From NCBI RefSeq assembly GCF_964355755.1, contig NC_092679.1, forward strand, positions 17,157,432 to 17,221,431: a stretch of 64,000 bases of DNA, given 5' to 3'. Shown piece by piece: positions 25,701 to 38,390 of this stretch; within the stretch, counting starts at the first letter, position 1, and every line of letters begins with the position of its first letter. Source of the DNA: Antedon mediterranea. Lineage: Eukaryota; Animalia; Echinodermata. A program made the position numbers and the translations under genes. The notes under the pieces were generated by a model, which saw only the letters and a program-made list of their open reading frames with translations, was not told where the DNA came from and ran no database searches.

Positions 25701-28700
25701 AATTTGATACTGTATTTGTGAGAAAATGGCGGATTGCTCCTGGGAGTCACTTGGTGGGATTATACTAGGGTACCTCCTTAGTCGTCCAGTATAAGTTAGA
25801 GTAGGACCGCTGGTCCTGTTTACTCAGCCCTATTCTTTTAAATCTGGGTGTAACTCAATTACGATTTTAAATATTATAGTGAAATTTGGTACTGTATTTG
25901 TGAGAAAACGGCGGATTGCTCCTGGAAGTCACTCGGTGGGATTATACTAGGGTACCTCCTTAGTCGTCCAGTATAAGTTAGAGTAGGACCACTGGTCATG
26001 TTTACTCAGCCCTCATCTTTTAAATCTGAGTGTAACTCAATTACGATCTTTAATATTATAGTGAAATTTGATACTGTATTTGTGAGAAAATGGTGGATTG
26101 CTCCTGGGAGTCACTTGGTGGGATTATACTAGGGGACCTTCTTAATCGTCCAGTATAAGTTAGAGTAGAACCGCTGGTCCCGTTTACTCAGCCCTCATCT
26201 TTTAAATCTGAGTGTAACTCAATTACGATTTTTTATATAGTGAAATTTGATACTGTATTTGTGAGAAAATGGAGGATTGCTCCTGGGAGTCACTTGGTGG
26301 AATTGTACTAGGGTACCTCCTTAGTCGTCCAGTATAAGTTAGATTTGGACCGATGGTCCTGTTTACACAGCCCTTATCTTTTAAATCTGAGTGTAACTCA
26401 ATTACGATTTTAAATATTATAGTGAAATTTGGTACTGTATTTGTGAGAAAACGGCGGATTGCTCCTGGAAGTCACTCGGTGGGATTATACTAGGGTACCT
26501 CCTTAGTTGTTCAGTATAAGTTAGAGTAGGACCGCTGGTCTTGTTTACTCAGTCCTCATCTTTAAAATCTGAGTGTAACTCAATTACGATTTTTTAAACA
26601 GTGAAATTTGATACTGTATTTGTGAGAAAATGGCGGATTGCTCCTGGTAGTCACTTGGTGGGATTATACTAGGGTACCTCCTTAGTCGTCCAGTATAAGT
26701 TAAGGTAGGACCACTGGTCCCGTTTACTCAGCCCTCATCTTATAAATCTGAGTGTAACTCAATTACGATTTTTAATATTATAGTGAAATTTGATACTGTA
26801 TTTGTGAGAAAATGGCGGATTGCTCCTGGGAGTCACTTGGTGGGATTATACTAGGGTACCTCTTTTGTCGTCCAGTATAAGTTAGGGTGGGACCACTGGT
26901 CCCGTTTACTCAGCCCTCATCTTTTAAATCTGAGTGTAACTCAATTACGATTTTTAATATTATAGTGAAATTTGATACTGTATTTGTGAGAAAATGGCGG
27001 ATTGCTCCTGGGAGTCACTTGGTGGGATTATACTAAGGGACCTCCTTAATTCTTCCAGTATAAGTTAGAGTAGGACCGCTGGTCATGTTTACTCAGCCCT
27101 CATCTTTTAAATCTGAGTGTAACTCAATTACAATTTTTTATATAGTGAAATTTGATACTGTATTTGTGAGAAAATGGCGAATTGCTCCTGGGAGTCACTT
27201 GGTGGGATTATACTAGGGTACCTCCTTAGTCGTCCAGTATAAGTTAGAGTAGGACCGCTGGTCCTGTTTACTCAGCCCTCATCTTTTAAATCTGAGTGTA
27301 ACTCAATTACGATTTTAAATATTATAGTGAAATTTGGTACTGTATTTGTGAGAAAACGGCAGATTGCTCCTGGAAGTCACTCGGTAGGATTATACTAGGG
27401 TACCTCCTTAGTTGTCCAGTATAAGTTAGAGTAGGACCGCTGGTCTTGTCTCCTCAGCCCTTATCTTTTAAATCTGAGTGTAACTCAATTACGATTTTTA
27501 ATATTATAGTAAAATTTGATACTGTATTTGTGAGAAAATGGCGGATTGCTCGTGGGAGTCACTTGGTGGAATTATACTAGGGTACCTCCTTAGTCGTCCA
27601 GTATAAGTTAGGGTGGGACCACTGGTCCCGTTTACTCAGCCCTCATCTTTTAAATCTGAGTGTAACTCAATTACGATTTTTAATTTTATAGTGAAATTTG
27701 ATACTGTATTTGTGAGAAAATGGCGGATTGCTCCTGGGAGTCACTTGGTGGGATTATACTAGGGTACCTCCTTAGTCGTCCAGTATAAGTTAGAGTAGGA
27801 CCACTGGTCCTGTTTACTCAGCCCTCATCTTTTAAATCTGAGTGTAACTCAATTACAATTTTTTATATAGTGAAATTTGATACTGTATTTGTGAGAAAAT
27901 GGCGGATTGCTCCTGGGAGTCACTTGGTGGGATTATACTAGGGTACCTCCTTAGTCGTCCAGTATAAGTTAGAGTAGGACCGCTGGTCCTGTTTACTCAG
28001 CCATCATCTTTTAAATCTGAGTGTAACTCAATTACGATTTTTAATATTATAGTAAAATTTGATACTGTATTTGTGAGAAAATGGCGGATTGCTCCTGGGA
28101 GTCACTTGGTGGAATTATACTAGGGTACCTCCTTAGTCGTCCAGTATAAGTTAGGGTGGGACCACTGGTCCCGTTTACTCAGCCCTCATCTTTTAAATCT
28201 GAGTTTAACTCAATTACGATTTTTAATATTATAGTGAAATTTGATACTGTATTTGTGAGAAAATGGCGGATTGCTCCTGGGAGTCACTTGGTGGGATTAT
28301 ACTAGGGTACCTCCTTAGTCGTCCAATTTAAGTTAGAGTAGGACCACTGGTCCTGTTTACTCAGCCCTCATCTTTTAAATCTGAGTGTAACTCAATTACG
28401 ATCTTTAATATTATAGTGAAATTTGATACTGTATTTGTGAGAAAATGGCGGATTGCTCCTGGGAGTCACTTGGTGGGATTATACTAGGGGACCTCCTTAA
28501 TCGTCCAGTATAAGTTAGAGTAGGACCGCTGGTTCCGTTTACTCAGCCCTCATCTTTTAAATCTGAGTGTAACTCAATTACGATTTTTTATATAGTGAAA
28601 TTTGATACTGTATTTGTGAGAAAATGGCGGATTGCTCCTGGGAGTCACTTGGTGGGATTATACTAGGGTACCTCCTTAGTCGTCCAGTATAAGTTAGATT

Positions 28701-31700
28701 TGGACCGCTGGTCCTGTTTACTCAGCCCTTATCTTTTAAATCTGAGTGTAATTCAATTACGATTTTAAATATTATAGTGAAATTTGGTACTGTATTTGGG
28801 AGAAAACGGCGGATTGCTCCTGGAAGTCACTCGGTGGGATTATACTAGGGTACCTCCTTAGTTGTTAGGTATAAGTTAGAGTAGGACCGCTGGTCTTGTT
28901 TACTCAGCCCTCATCTTTTAAATCTGAGTGTAACTCAATTACGATTTTTTATATAGTGAAATTTGATACTGTATTTGTGAGAAAATGGCGGATTGCTCCT
29001 GGGAGTCACTTGGTGGGATTATACTAGGGTACCTCCTTAGTCGTCCAGTATAAGTTAGAGTAGGACCGCTGGTCCTGTTTACTCAGCCCTCATCTTTTAA
29101 ATCTGAGTGTAACTCAATTACGATTTTTAATATTATAGTGAAATTAGATACTGTATTTGTGAGAAAATGGCGGATTGCTCCTGGGAGTCACTTGGTGGGA
29201 TTATACTAGGGTACCTTCTTAGTCGTCCAGTATAAGTTAGGGTGGGACCACTGGTCCCGTTTACTCAGCCCTCATCTTTTAAATCTGAGTGTAACTCAAT
29301 TACGATTTTTAATATTATAGTAAAATTTGATACTGTATTTGTGAGAAAATGGCGGATTGCTCGTGGGAGTCACTTGGTGGAATTATACTAGGGTACCTCC
29401 TTAGTCGTCCAGTATAAGTTAGGGTGGGACCACTGGTCCCGTTTACTCAGCCCTCATCTTTTAAATCTGAGTGTAACTCAATTACGATTTTTAATTTTAT
29501 AGTGAAATTTGATACTGTATTTGTGAGAAAATGGCGGATTGCTCCTGGGAGTCACTTGGTGGGATTATACTAGGGTACCTCCTTAGTCGTCCAGTATAAG
29601 TTAGAGTAGGACCACTGGTCCTGTTTACTCAGCCCTCATCTTTTAAATCTGAGTGTAAATCAATTACAATTTTTTCTATAGTGAAATTTGATACTGTATT
29701 TGTGAGAAAATGGCGGATTGCTCCTGAGAGTCACTTGGTGGGATTATACTAGGGTACCTCCTTAGTCGTCCAGTATAAGTTAGAGTAGGACCGCTGGTCC
29801 TGTTTACTCAGTCATCATCTTTTAAATCTGAGTGTAACTCAATTACGATTTTTAATATTATAGTAAAATTTGATACTGTATTTGTGAGAAAATGGCGGAT
29901 TGCTCCTGGGAGTCACTTGGTGGAATTATACTAGGGTACCTCCTTAGTCGTCCAGTATAAGTTAGGGTGGGACCACTGGTCCCGTTTACTCAGCCCTCAT
30001 CTTTTAAATCTGAGTTTAACTCAATTACAATTTTTAATATTATAGTGAAATTTGATACTGTATTTGTGAGAAAATGGCGGATTGCTCCTGGGAGTCACTT
30101 GGTGGGATTATACTAGGGTACCTCCTTAGTCGTCCAGTTTAAGTTAGAGTAGGACCACTGGTCCTGTTTACTCAGCCCTCATCTTTTAAATCTGAGTGTA
30201 ACTCAATTACGATCTTTAATATTATAGTGAAATTTGATACTGTATTTGTGAGAAAATGGCGGATTGCTCCTGGGATTCACTTGGTGGGATTATACTAGGG
30301 GACCTCCTTAATCGTCCAGTATAAGTTAGAGTAGGACCGCTGGTTCTGTTTACTCAGCCCTCATCTTTTAAATCTGAGTGTAACTCAATTACGATTTTTA
30401 ATATTATAGTGAAATTAGATACTGTATTTGTGAGAAAATGGCGGATTGCTCCTGGGAGTCACTTGGTGGGATTATACTAGGGTACCTTCTTAGTCGTCCA
30501 GTATAAGTTAGGGTGGGACCACTGGTCCCGTTTACTCAGCCCTCATCTTTTAAATCTGAGTGTAACTCAATTACGATTTTTAATATTATAGTAAAATTTG
30601 ATACTGTATTTGTGAGAAAATGGCGGATTGCTCGTGGGAGTCACTTGGTGGAATTATACTAGGGTACCTCCTTAGTCGTCCAGTATAAGTTAGGGTGGGA
30701 CCACTGGTCCCGTTTACTCAGCCCTCATCTTTTAAATCTGAGTGTAACTCAATTACGATTTTTAATTTTATAGTGAAATTTGATACTGTATTTGTGAGAA
30801 AATGGCGGAATGCTCCTGGGAGTCACTTGGTGGGATTATACTAGGGTACCTCCTTAGTCGTCCAGTATAAGTTAGAGTAGGACCACTGGTCCTGTTTACT
30901 CAGCCCTCATCTTTTAAATCTGAGTGTAAATCAATTACAATTTTTTCTATAGTGAAATTTGATACTGTATTTGTGAGAAAATGGCGGATTGCTCCTGGGA
31001 GTCACTTGGTGGGATTATACTAGGGTACCTCCTTAGTCGTCCAGTATAAGTTAGAGTAGGACCGCTGGTCCTGTTTACTCAGTCATCATCTTTTAAATCT
31101 GAGTGTAACTCAATTACGATTTTTAATATTATAGTAAAATTTGATACTGTATTTGTGAGAAAATGGCGGATTGCTCCTGGGAGTCACTTGGTGGAATTAT
31201 ACTAGGGTACCTCCTTAGTCGTCCAGTATAAGTTAGGGTGGGACCACTGGTCCCGTTTACTCAGCCCTCATCTTTTAAATCTGAGTTTAACTCAATTACA
31301 ATTTTTAATATTATAGTGAAATTTGATACTGTATTTGTGAGAAAATGGCGGATTGCTCCTGGGAGTCACTTGGTGGGATTATACTAGGGTACCTCCTTAG
31401 TCGTCCAGTTTAAGTTAGAGTAGGACCACTGGTCCTGTTTACTCAGCCCTCATCTTTTAAATCTGAGTGTAACTCAATTACGATCTTTAATATTATAGTG
31501 AAATTTGATACTGTATTTGTGAGAAAATGGCGGATTGCTCCTGGGATTCACTTGGTGGGATTATACTAGGGGACCTCCTTAATCGTCCAGTATAAGTTAG
31601 AGTAGGACCGCTGGTTCTGTTTACTCAGCCCTCATCTTTTAAATCTGAGTGTAACTCAATTACGATTTTTTATATAGTGAAATTTGATACTGTATTTGTG

Positions 31701-33795
31701 AGAAAATGGCGGATTGCTCCTGGGAGTCACTTGGTGGGATTATACTAGGGTACCTCCTTAGTCGTCCAGTATAAGTTAGATTTGGACCGCTGGTCCTGTT
31801 TACTCAGCACTTATCTTTTAAATCTGAGTGTAACTCAATTACGATTTTAAATATTATAGTGAAATTTGGTACTGTATTTGGGAGAAAACGGCGGATTGCT
31901 CCTGGAAGTCACTCGGTGGGATTATACTAGGGTACCTATTTAGTCGTCCAGTATAAGTTAGAGTAGGACCACTGGTCTTGTTTACTCAGCCCTCATCTTT
32001 TAAATCTGAGTGTAACTCAATTACGATTTTTTATATAGTGAAATTTGATACTGTATTTGTGAGAAAATGGCGGATTGCTCCTGGGAGTCACTTGGTGGGA
32101 TTATACTAGGGTACCTCCTTAGTCGTCCAGTATAAGTTAGAGTAGGACCGCTGGTCCTGTTTACTCAGCCATCATCTTTTAAATCTGAGTGTAACTCAAT
32201 TACGATTTTTAATATTATAGTAAAATTTGATACTGTATTTGTGAGAAAATGGCGGATTGCTCCTGGGAGTCACTTGGTGGAATTATACTAGGGTACCTCC
32301 TTAGTCGTCCAGTATAAGTTAGGGTGGGACCACTGGTCCCGTTTACTCAGCCCTCATCTTTTAAATCTGAGTTTAACTCAATTACGATTTTTAATATTAT
32401 AGTGAAATTGATACTGTATTTGTGAGAAAATGGCGGATTGCTCCTGGGAGTCACTTGGTGGGATTATACTAGGGTACCTCCTTAGTCGTCCAGTTTAAGT
32501 TAGAGTAGGACCACTGGTCCTGTTTACTCAGCCCTCATCTTTTAAATCTGAGTGTAACTCAATTACGATCTTTAATATTATAGTGAAATTTGATACTGTA
32601 TTTGTGAGAAAATGGCGGATTGCTTCTGGGATTCACTTAGTGGGATTATACTAGGGGACCTCCTTAATCGTCCAGTATAAGTTAGAGTAGGACCGCTGGT
32701 TCCGTTTACTCAGCCCTCATCTTTTAAATATGAGTGTAACTCAATTACGATTTTTTATATAGTGAAATTTGATACTGTATTTGTGAGAAAATGGCGGATT
32801 GCTCCTGGGAGTCACTTGGTGGGATTATACTAGGGTACCTCCTTAGTCGTCCAGTATAAGTTAGATTTTGACCGCTGGTCCTGTTTACTCAGCCCTTATC
32901 TTTTAAATCTGAGTGTAACTCAATTACGATTTTAAATATTATAGTGAAATTTGGTACTGTATTTGGGAGAAAACGGCGGATTGCTCCTGGAAGTCACTCG
33001 GTGGGATTATACTAGGGTACCTCCTTAGTTGTTAGGTATAAGTTAGAGTAGGACCGCTGGTCTTGTTTACTCAGCCCTCATCTTTTAAATCTGAGTGTAA
33101 CTCAATTACGATTTTTTATATAGTGAAATTTGATACTGTATTTGTGAGAAAATGGCGGATTGCTCCTGGGAGTCACTTGGTGGGATTATACTAGGGTACC
33201 TCCTTAGTCGTCCAGTATAAGTTAGAGTAGGACCGCTGGTCCTGTTTACTCAGCCCTCATCTTTTAAATCTGAGTGTAACTCAATTACGATTTTTAATAT
33301 TATAGTGAAATTAGATACTGTATTTGTAAGAAAATGGCGGATTGCTCCTGGGAGTCACTTGGTGGGATTATACTAGGGTACCTTCTTAGTCGTCCAGTAT
33401 AAGTTAGGGTGGGACCACTGGTCCCGTTTACTCAGCCCTCATCTTTTAAATCTGAGTGTAACTCAATTACGATTTTTAATATTATAGTAAAATTTGATAC
33501 TGTATTTGTGAGAAAATGGCGGATTGCTCCTGGGAGTCACTTGGTGGGATTATACTAGGGTACCTCCTTAGTCGTCCAGTGTAAGTTAGAGTAGGACCAC
33601 TGGTCTTGTTTACTCAGCCCTCATCTTTTAAATCTGAGTGTAACTCAATTACGATTTTTAATATTAAAGTGAAATTTGATACTGTATTTGTGAGAAAATG
33701 GAGGATTGCTCCTGGGAGTCACTTGGTGGGATTATACTAGGGTACCTCTTTAGTCATCCAGTATAAGTTAGAGTAGGACCACTTGCCTTGTTTAC
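19714..33795 (+). repeat. Satellite left arm, ~77-78 units of 179/182 bp
   Basis: Unit begins tatttgtgagaaaatggcggattgctcctgggagtcac; first starts at 19714, 19896, 20075. Confidence 0.98.
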
Positions 33796-33823
33796 TATAA
33801 TTTGTTTACTATAATTATTTCAA

Positions 33824-35265
33824 TATAATATTTAAAATCGTAATTGAGTTACACTCAGATTTAAAAAGATGAGGGCTGCTGAGTAAACGGGACCAGCGGT
33901 CCTACTCTAACTTATACTGGACGACTAAGGAGGTACCCTAGTATAATCTCACCAAGTGATTCCCAGGAGCAATCCGCCATTTTCTCACAAATACAGTATC
34001 AAATTTCACTATATAAAAAATCGTAATTGAGTTACACTCAGATTTAAAAGATGAGGGCTGAGTAAACGGGACCAGTTGTCCAACTTTAACTTATACTGGA
34101 CGATTAAGGAGGTCCCCTAGTATAATCCCACCAAGTGACTCATAGGAGCAATCCGCCATTTTCTCACAAATACAGTATCAAATTTCACTATAATATTAAA
34201 AAGTCGTAATTGAGTTACACTCAGATTTAAAAGATGAGGGCTGAGTAAACAAGACCTGCGGTCCTACTCTAACTTATACTGGACAACTAAGGAGGTCCCC
34301 TAGTATAATCCCACCGAGTGACTTCCAGGAGCAATCCGCCGTTTTCTCACAAATACAGTACCAAATTTCACTATAATATTTAAAATCGTAATTGAGTTAC
34401 ACTCAGATTTAAAAAGATGAGGGCTGAGTAAACAGGACCAGCGGTCCTACTCTAACTTATACTGGACGACTAAGGAGGTACCCTAGTATAATCCAACCAA
34501 GTGACTCACAGGTGCAATCCGCTATTTTCTCACAAATACAGTATCAAATTTTACTATAATATTAAAAATCGTAATTGAGTTACACTCCGATTTAAAAGAT
34601 GAAGGCTGAGTAAACAGGACCAGCGGTCCTACTCTAACTTATACTGGACGACCAAAGAGGTACCTTAGTATAATCCCACCAAGTGACTCCCAGGAGCAAT
34701 CCGCCATTTTCTCACAAATACAGTATCAAATTTCACTATAATATTAAAAATCGTAATTGAGTTACACTCAGATTTAAAAGATGAGGGCTGAGTAAACAGG
34801 ACCAGCGGTCCTACTCTAACTTATACTGGATGACTAAGGAGGTACCCAAGTATAATCCCACCAAGTGACTCCCAGGAGCAATCCGCCATTTTCTCACAAA
34901 TACAGTATCAAATTTCACTATAATATTAAAAATCGTAATTGAGTTACACTCAGATTTAAAAGATGAGGGCTGAGTAAACGGGACCAGTGGTCCCACCCTA
35001 ACTTATACTGGACGACTAAGGAGGTACCCTAGTATAATCCCAGAAAGTGAATCCCAGGAGCAATCCGCCATTTTCTCACAAATACAGTATCAAATTTCAC
35101 TATAATATTAAAAATCGTAATGAGTTACACTCAGATTTAAAAGATGAGGGCTGAGTAAACAGGACCAGCGGTTCTACTCTAACTTATACTTGACGATTAA
35201 GGAGGTCCCCTAGTATAATCCCACCAAGTGACTCCCAGGAGCAATCCGCCATTTTCTCACAAATA
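33824..35265 (-). repeat. Satellite right arm, ~8 units, inverted
   Basis: Reverse complement of the same unit (ccgccattttctcacaaata), running into the right TIR. Confidence 0.97.
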
Positions 35266-35493
35266 TTGAATTTCTAATACTATAAAAACCTTAAGCAATA
35301 CTGAAAATGTGAAAAATACACAAACGGCGTTTCATACTTATTGTCGGCTGGAAAAAATAAAAGTGGGCTGGCTTATTGTCGGCTGGCTTATTGTCGGCTA
35401 GCTTGACACAAGCCTTTATAGTACTGAAAAATTAAACCACACTTGTTTCTACAGATCAAACAATTCAAATTACATAAAAGCTATCATAAGCAT

Positions 35494-35506
35494 TGAACTT
35501 TGACCC
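35494..35506 (-). promoter_or_regulatory. Candidate nuclear-receptor DR1 element upstream of seipin
   Basis: tgaactttgaccc = GGGTCA-A-AGTTCA on the minus strand, ~170 bp before the ATG. Motif match only. Confidence 0.4.
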
Positions 35507-35673
35507 AATCTCCAAACCTCCTGGTTTGTTTTTTTATCACACAGTTTCGACCTGTGGTGTATTGCACAAAAGTTGTCTTTGATTTTTGGACTAGCCTAAC
35601 TAACTTCTACAACAAAATCAGCAATTCTACACGTTTCTGTCGTTTTGTATAGTTATTAAACGAGATAAGAAAC

Positions 35674-38390
35674 ATGTTGGATTCTCTTAAACAATCCGTA
35701 AATTTAACCACACAGTGGATGTTGGATGAAACATACCTGTGGTATTTCTGGCTTCGTGACACAGTTGTGAAAATAACATTTGTTGTCTCAATTTTAGCAT
35801 TATTGTTTTGGATTTCAACATTTTTGTATGGTAGTTTTTATTATGCCTACATGCCTACTGCAATACATTCAAGGCCTGTATATTTGACTTTCAGGTAATA
35901 AGGAAATTCAAATGGCTCCCTGATTTGCAGTTTCTTCCGTCATCATGATGATCGAGTCAAAATATTTTTTTTAGTTTACTAGCCTAGTACTTGCTGGTAG
36001 TACAGTTGTTCAATTAAGATGTCGACTAAATCTTGTTTGTGAAAATTCCTTCTACTTCAACTTGTCAGAATAAACATAATATATGCTTTACGTTGATTAT
36101 ACAATGAAAAATATGTTTTATTTTAAAATCATTTTATCTACCGTAGGCATTATTCTAAAGGAAATAAAAAAATGTTCACTAAAATAATAATTTCTTTTGA
36201 ATTGTTTTTATTTTCAGTCCTTGTGAAGTTTATTCTGGATCCAAAGAATGTCATTTTCCATATGCAAACCTTACATTTGTAACACAATCAAAAACACAGG
36301 TAGGCCTACTTCAAAACATACACTTCATTGATATTTTTTAATTTATTTATTCAATCATTCAACTGCTTTCAGCATTTTTAAATTCTTTTCTAGTTTCTAA
36401 TGCGAGGCCAAAGTTACAACATCTTTTTACAAATGGACGTCCCGCAGTCCCCAACTAATGAAAATCTTGGTATGTATTGTTAAATCATAATTAAGCAAAA
36501 ATATTGAAAAATCTTTATTATACTTCATGGACTGATTGGATACCCATTTGCACACAAACATTAATCTAGAGACAGAAGGCAAACTATAGTAGTCACTCTG
36601 ATTCTTATACCATTGAATTTTATCTTGCTTTTTAATACCATTTCATTTTTCTTTTCTTGTAGGCATGTTTATGATTAACCTGGAATTGTTTGCTAAGGGT
36701 GGAAAAATTGTTGACAAATCATCTCGACCTGTAAGTGCTCTTATTGCCTGTCTTCACCATTTACATCCCTAGCTTCCTGAAAATTTGCAGTACATCCCTA
36801 GCTTCCGATATCCCTTTTCATTGTATTTTGTTACAATTGAATCATTTCAATTCAACAATTTATTTTTCAGGCTTTAATCAAGTATAGGTCTGCATTACTG
36901 AAGTATTTGGAGGTTATGATTTTTTCGCCGTTCTTGATGACAGGCTACAAACATGAAAAAGAGAGTTTAACGGTGGAACTTTACGACAATTTTATAGACA
37001 ATGTGGTAAGTATTGGGAAATGGAGTTTTGGTCACATTGGGGCTGGGACCTGAAGAAAGTATTGAGACTAGTTATCCAACAGTGTTCTGGTCAGCCAACC
37101 GTGTTCTGGTCAGTCAATCGTGTTCTGGTCAGTCAATCAGTGTTTTTATGTACAGTCAAAATTTGTATTTTTATAATATAAGCAAACAGAAATTGTAAAT
37201 ACATATAGTTTTGTCCTGTGTGATGTCAGTGTAACACATACTGTAAATCGGTAATTGCTATCAATTTTCTTTGTTATTGTAGTATCAACCAATTATTGGA
37301 GCAAATCTAATGATACAAGCACGTCGGATTGAAATGTACTCTTCGTCGTTGGAAGTTTACGCTCGCTTTAGTGGTCTCAGGTATTTTTACTCAACTTGCG
37401 TATCTGGACGCCATTTTCGAGCATTATGGTGGTGATATAATCATTTATATCATGTGGTCTGATATTATTGTGAACACTGTGTTAATTTGTATAAACTATT
37501 TTTGTCTTCAGGTATTTCATGTTCTTCTGGCCAGTGAGCTCTGCGTTCTTTGGCATTGTGGGGTTCTTCACCCTACTTTGTTTTGTCACAGCATTGTCCT
37601 GGTACAGATGCATAGGGTTGATATCAAAGCATACACAATCACTGATTCAGGCCTCCGGGCATGGTCCAGTACAAAATAGGTATGGTGAAAGGCTGCAGCA
37701 GGTACAGAGGATGGTGGAACAGGAAAGATTAGGTAAGTGACATTGGGAATGTGACATAATAGTGGCAGCCTCAGTACAAGATAAATTGATGTGTATAAAT
37801 GTGTGGGAATAACTCGTGTCTTGCAGCCAAACTGTGCTGAATTGCACACAGGTGTGAAAGACATATACAAATATGTACACTTATGTTCTACCACCAGAGC
37901 CATGCTCAAGGATAACTCTTCTTCACTTTAACCGCTCAACTATGTAGGCTACGTTCCTCTTCTTTGTTTTCCATTTGGTACAAAAGTATTTCTTATTTTC
38001 AATACAGCCGAGATACGAACTAGACCAGCTCATGTAACTGTTCTGGACACCGCGTCAAGTGTTGCCCCACCAGTTGGTAGAGTGTCTGGACAACCAAAGG
38101 CATCAAGACAGACTCACATGGAAGACGGAGAGGAAGATGGCACTTTAGCTGCTTCTATCAGACCTAAAAGTAATGTGCAAACACTCCACCAAGGATCAAG
38201 ACGACCAGATGTTTCAGAAGACACACCAGTTCATCTCTCGGCAAGTGATAGCAGTGGTAGTAGTGACAGTCTTGTAAGAGTTGGGGAAGAGGTTATGGCG
38301 GATGTCAACGGTATAAATAATGAACATCTGATCGAACCAGAAGAAGACGAAGAAGTAACAGTCAGACGTCGAAAACCTTTTGACCAATAA
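35674..38390 (+). CDS. BSCL2: Seipin, 8 coding exons
   Basis: Exons approx 35674-35895 (FLYGSFYYAYMPT..HSRPVY), 36218-36299 (C.FPYAN), 36394-36469 (LMRGQ.Y...PQSPTNENLG), 36663-36730 (MFMI), 36871-37005 (KYRSALL), 37283-37380 (IEMY...ARFSGLR), 37512-37732 (YFMFFWP, TM2), 38008-38390 (acidic tail ending VRRRK). Confidence 0.95.
37080..37138. repeat. 19-bp minisatellite x3
   Basis: gtgttctggtcag(c/t)caa(c/t)c repeated in a seipin intron. Confidence 0.8.

Larger units (their letters stand above)
19566..35413. mobile_element. Giant non-autonomous foldback (Mutator-like) transposon filled with satellite DNA
   Basis: ~148-bp unique TIRs (19566-19713 and 35266-35413; one mismatch seen) containing 3x gccgacaataa; 9-bp TSD ctttatagt at 19557-19565 and 35414-35422; no transposase ORF. 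Confidence 0.93.

Noticed and set aside
34811-34996. 61-aa ORF in the satellite
   Set aside because: Chance open frame in repeat variants; other units contain stops.
19714-35265. CRISPR array or tandem RNA-gene cluster (5S, tRNA, snRNA, SL)
   Set aside because: No unique spacers, the whole unit repeats, the context is eukaryotic, and there are no recognisable A/B boxes or RNA-gene sequence.
19714-35265. Hammerhead ribozyme in the satellite monomer
   Set aside because: The minus strand has ctggacga and ctgagta but no exact CUGANGA with a properly placed GAAA.
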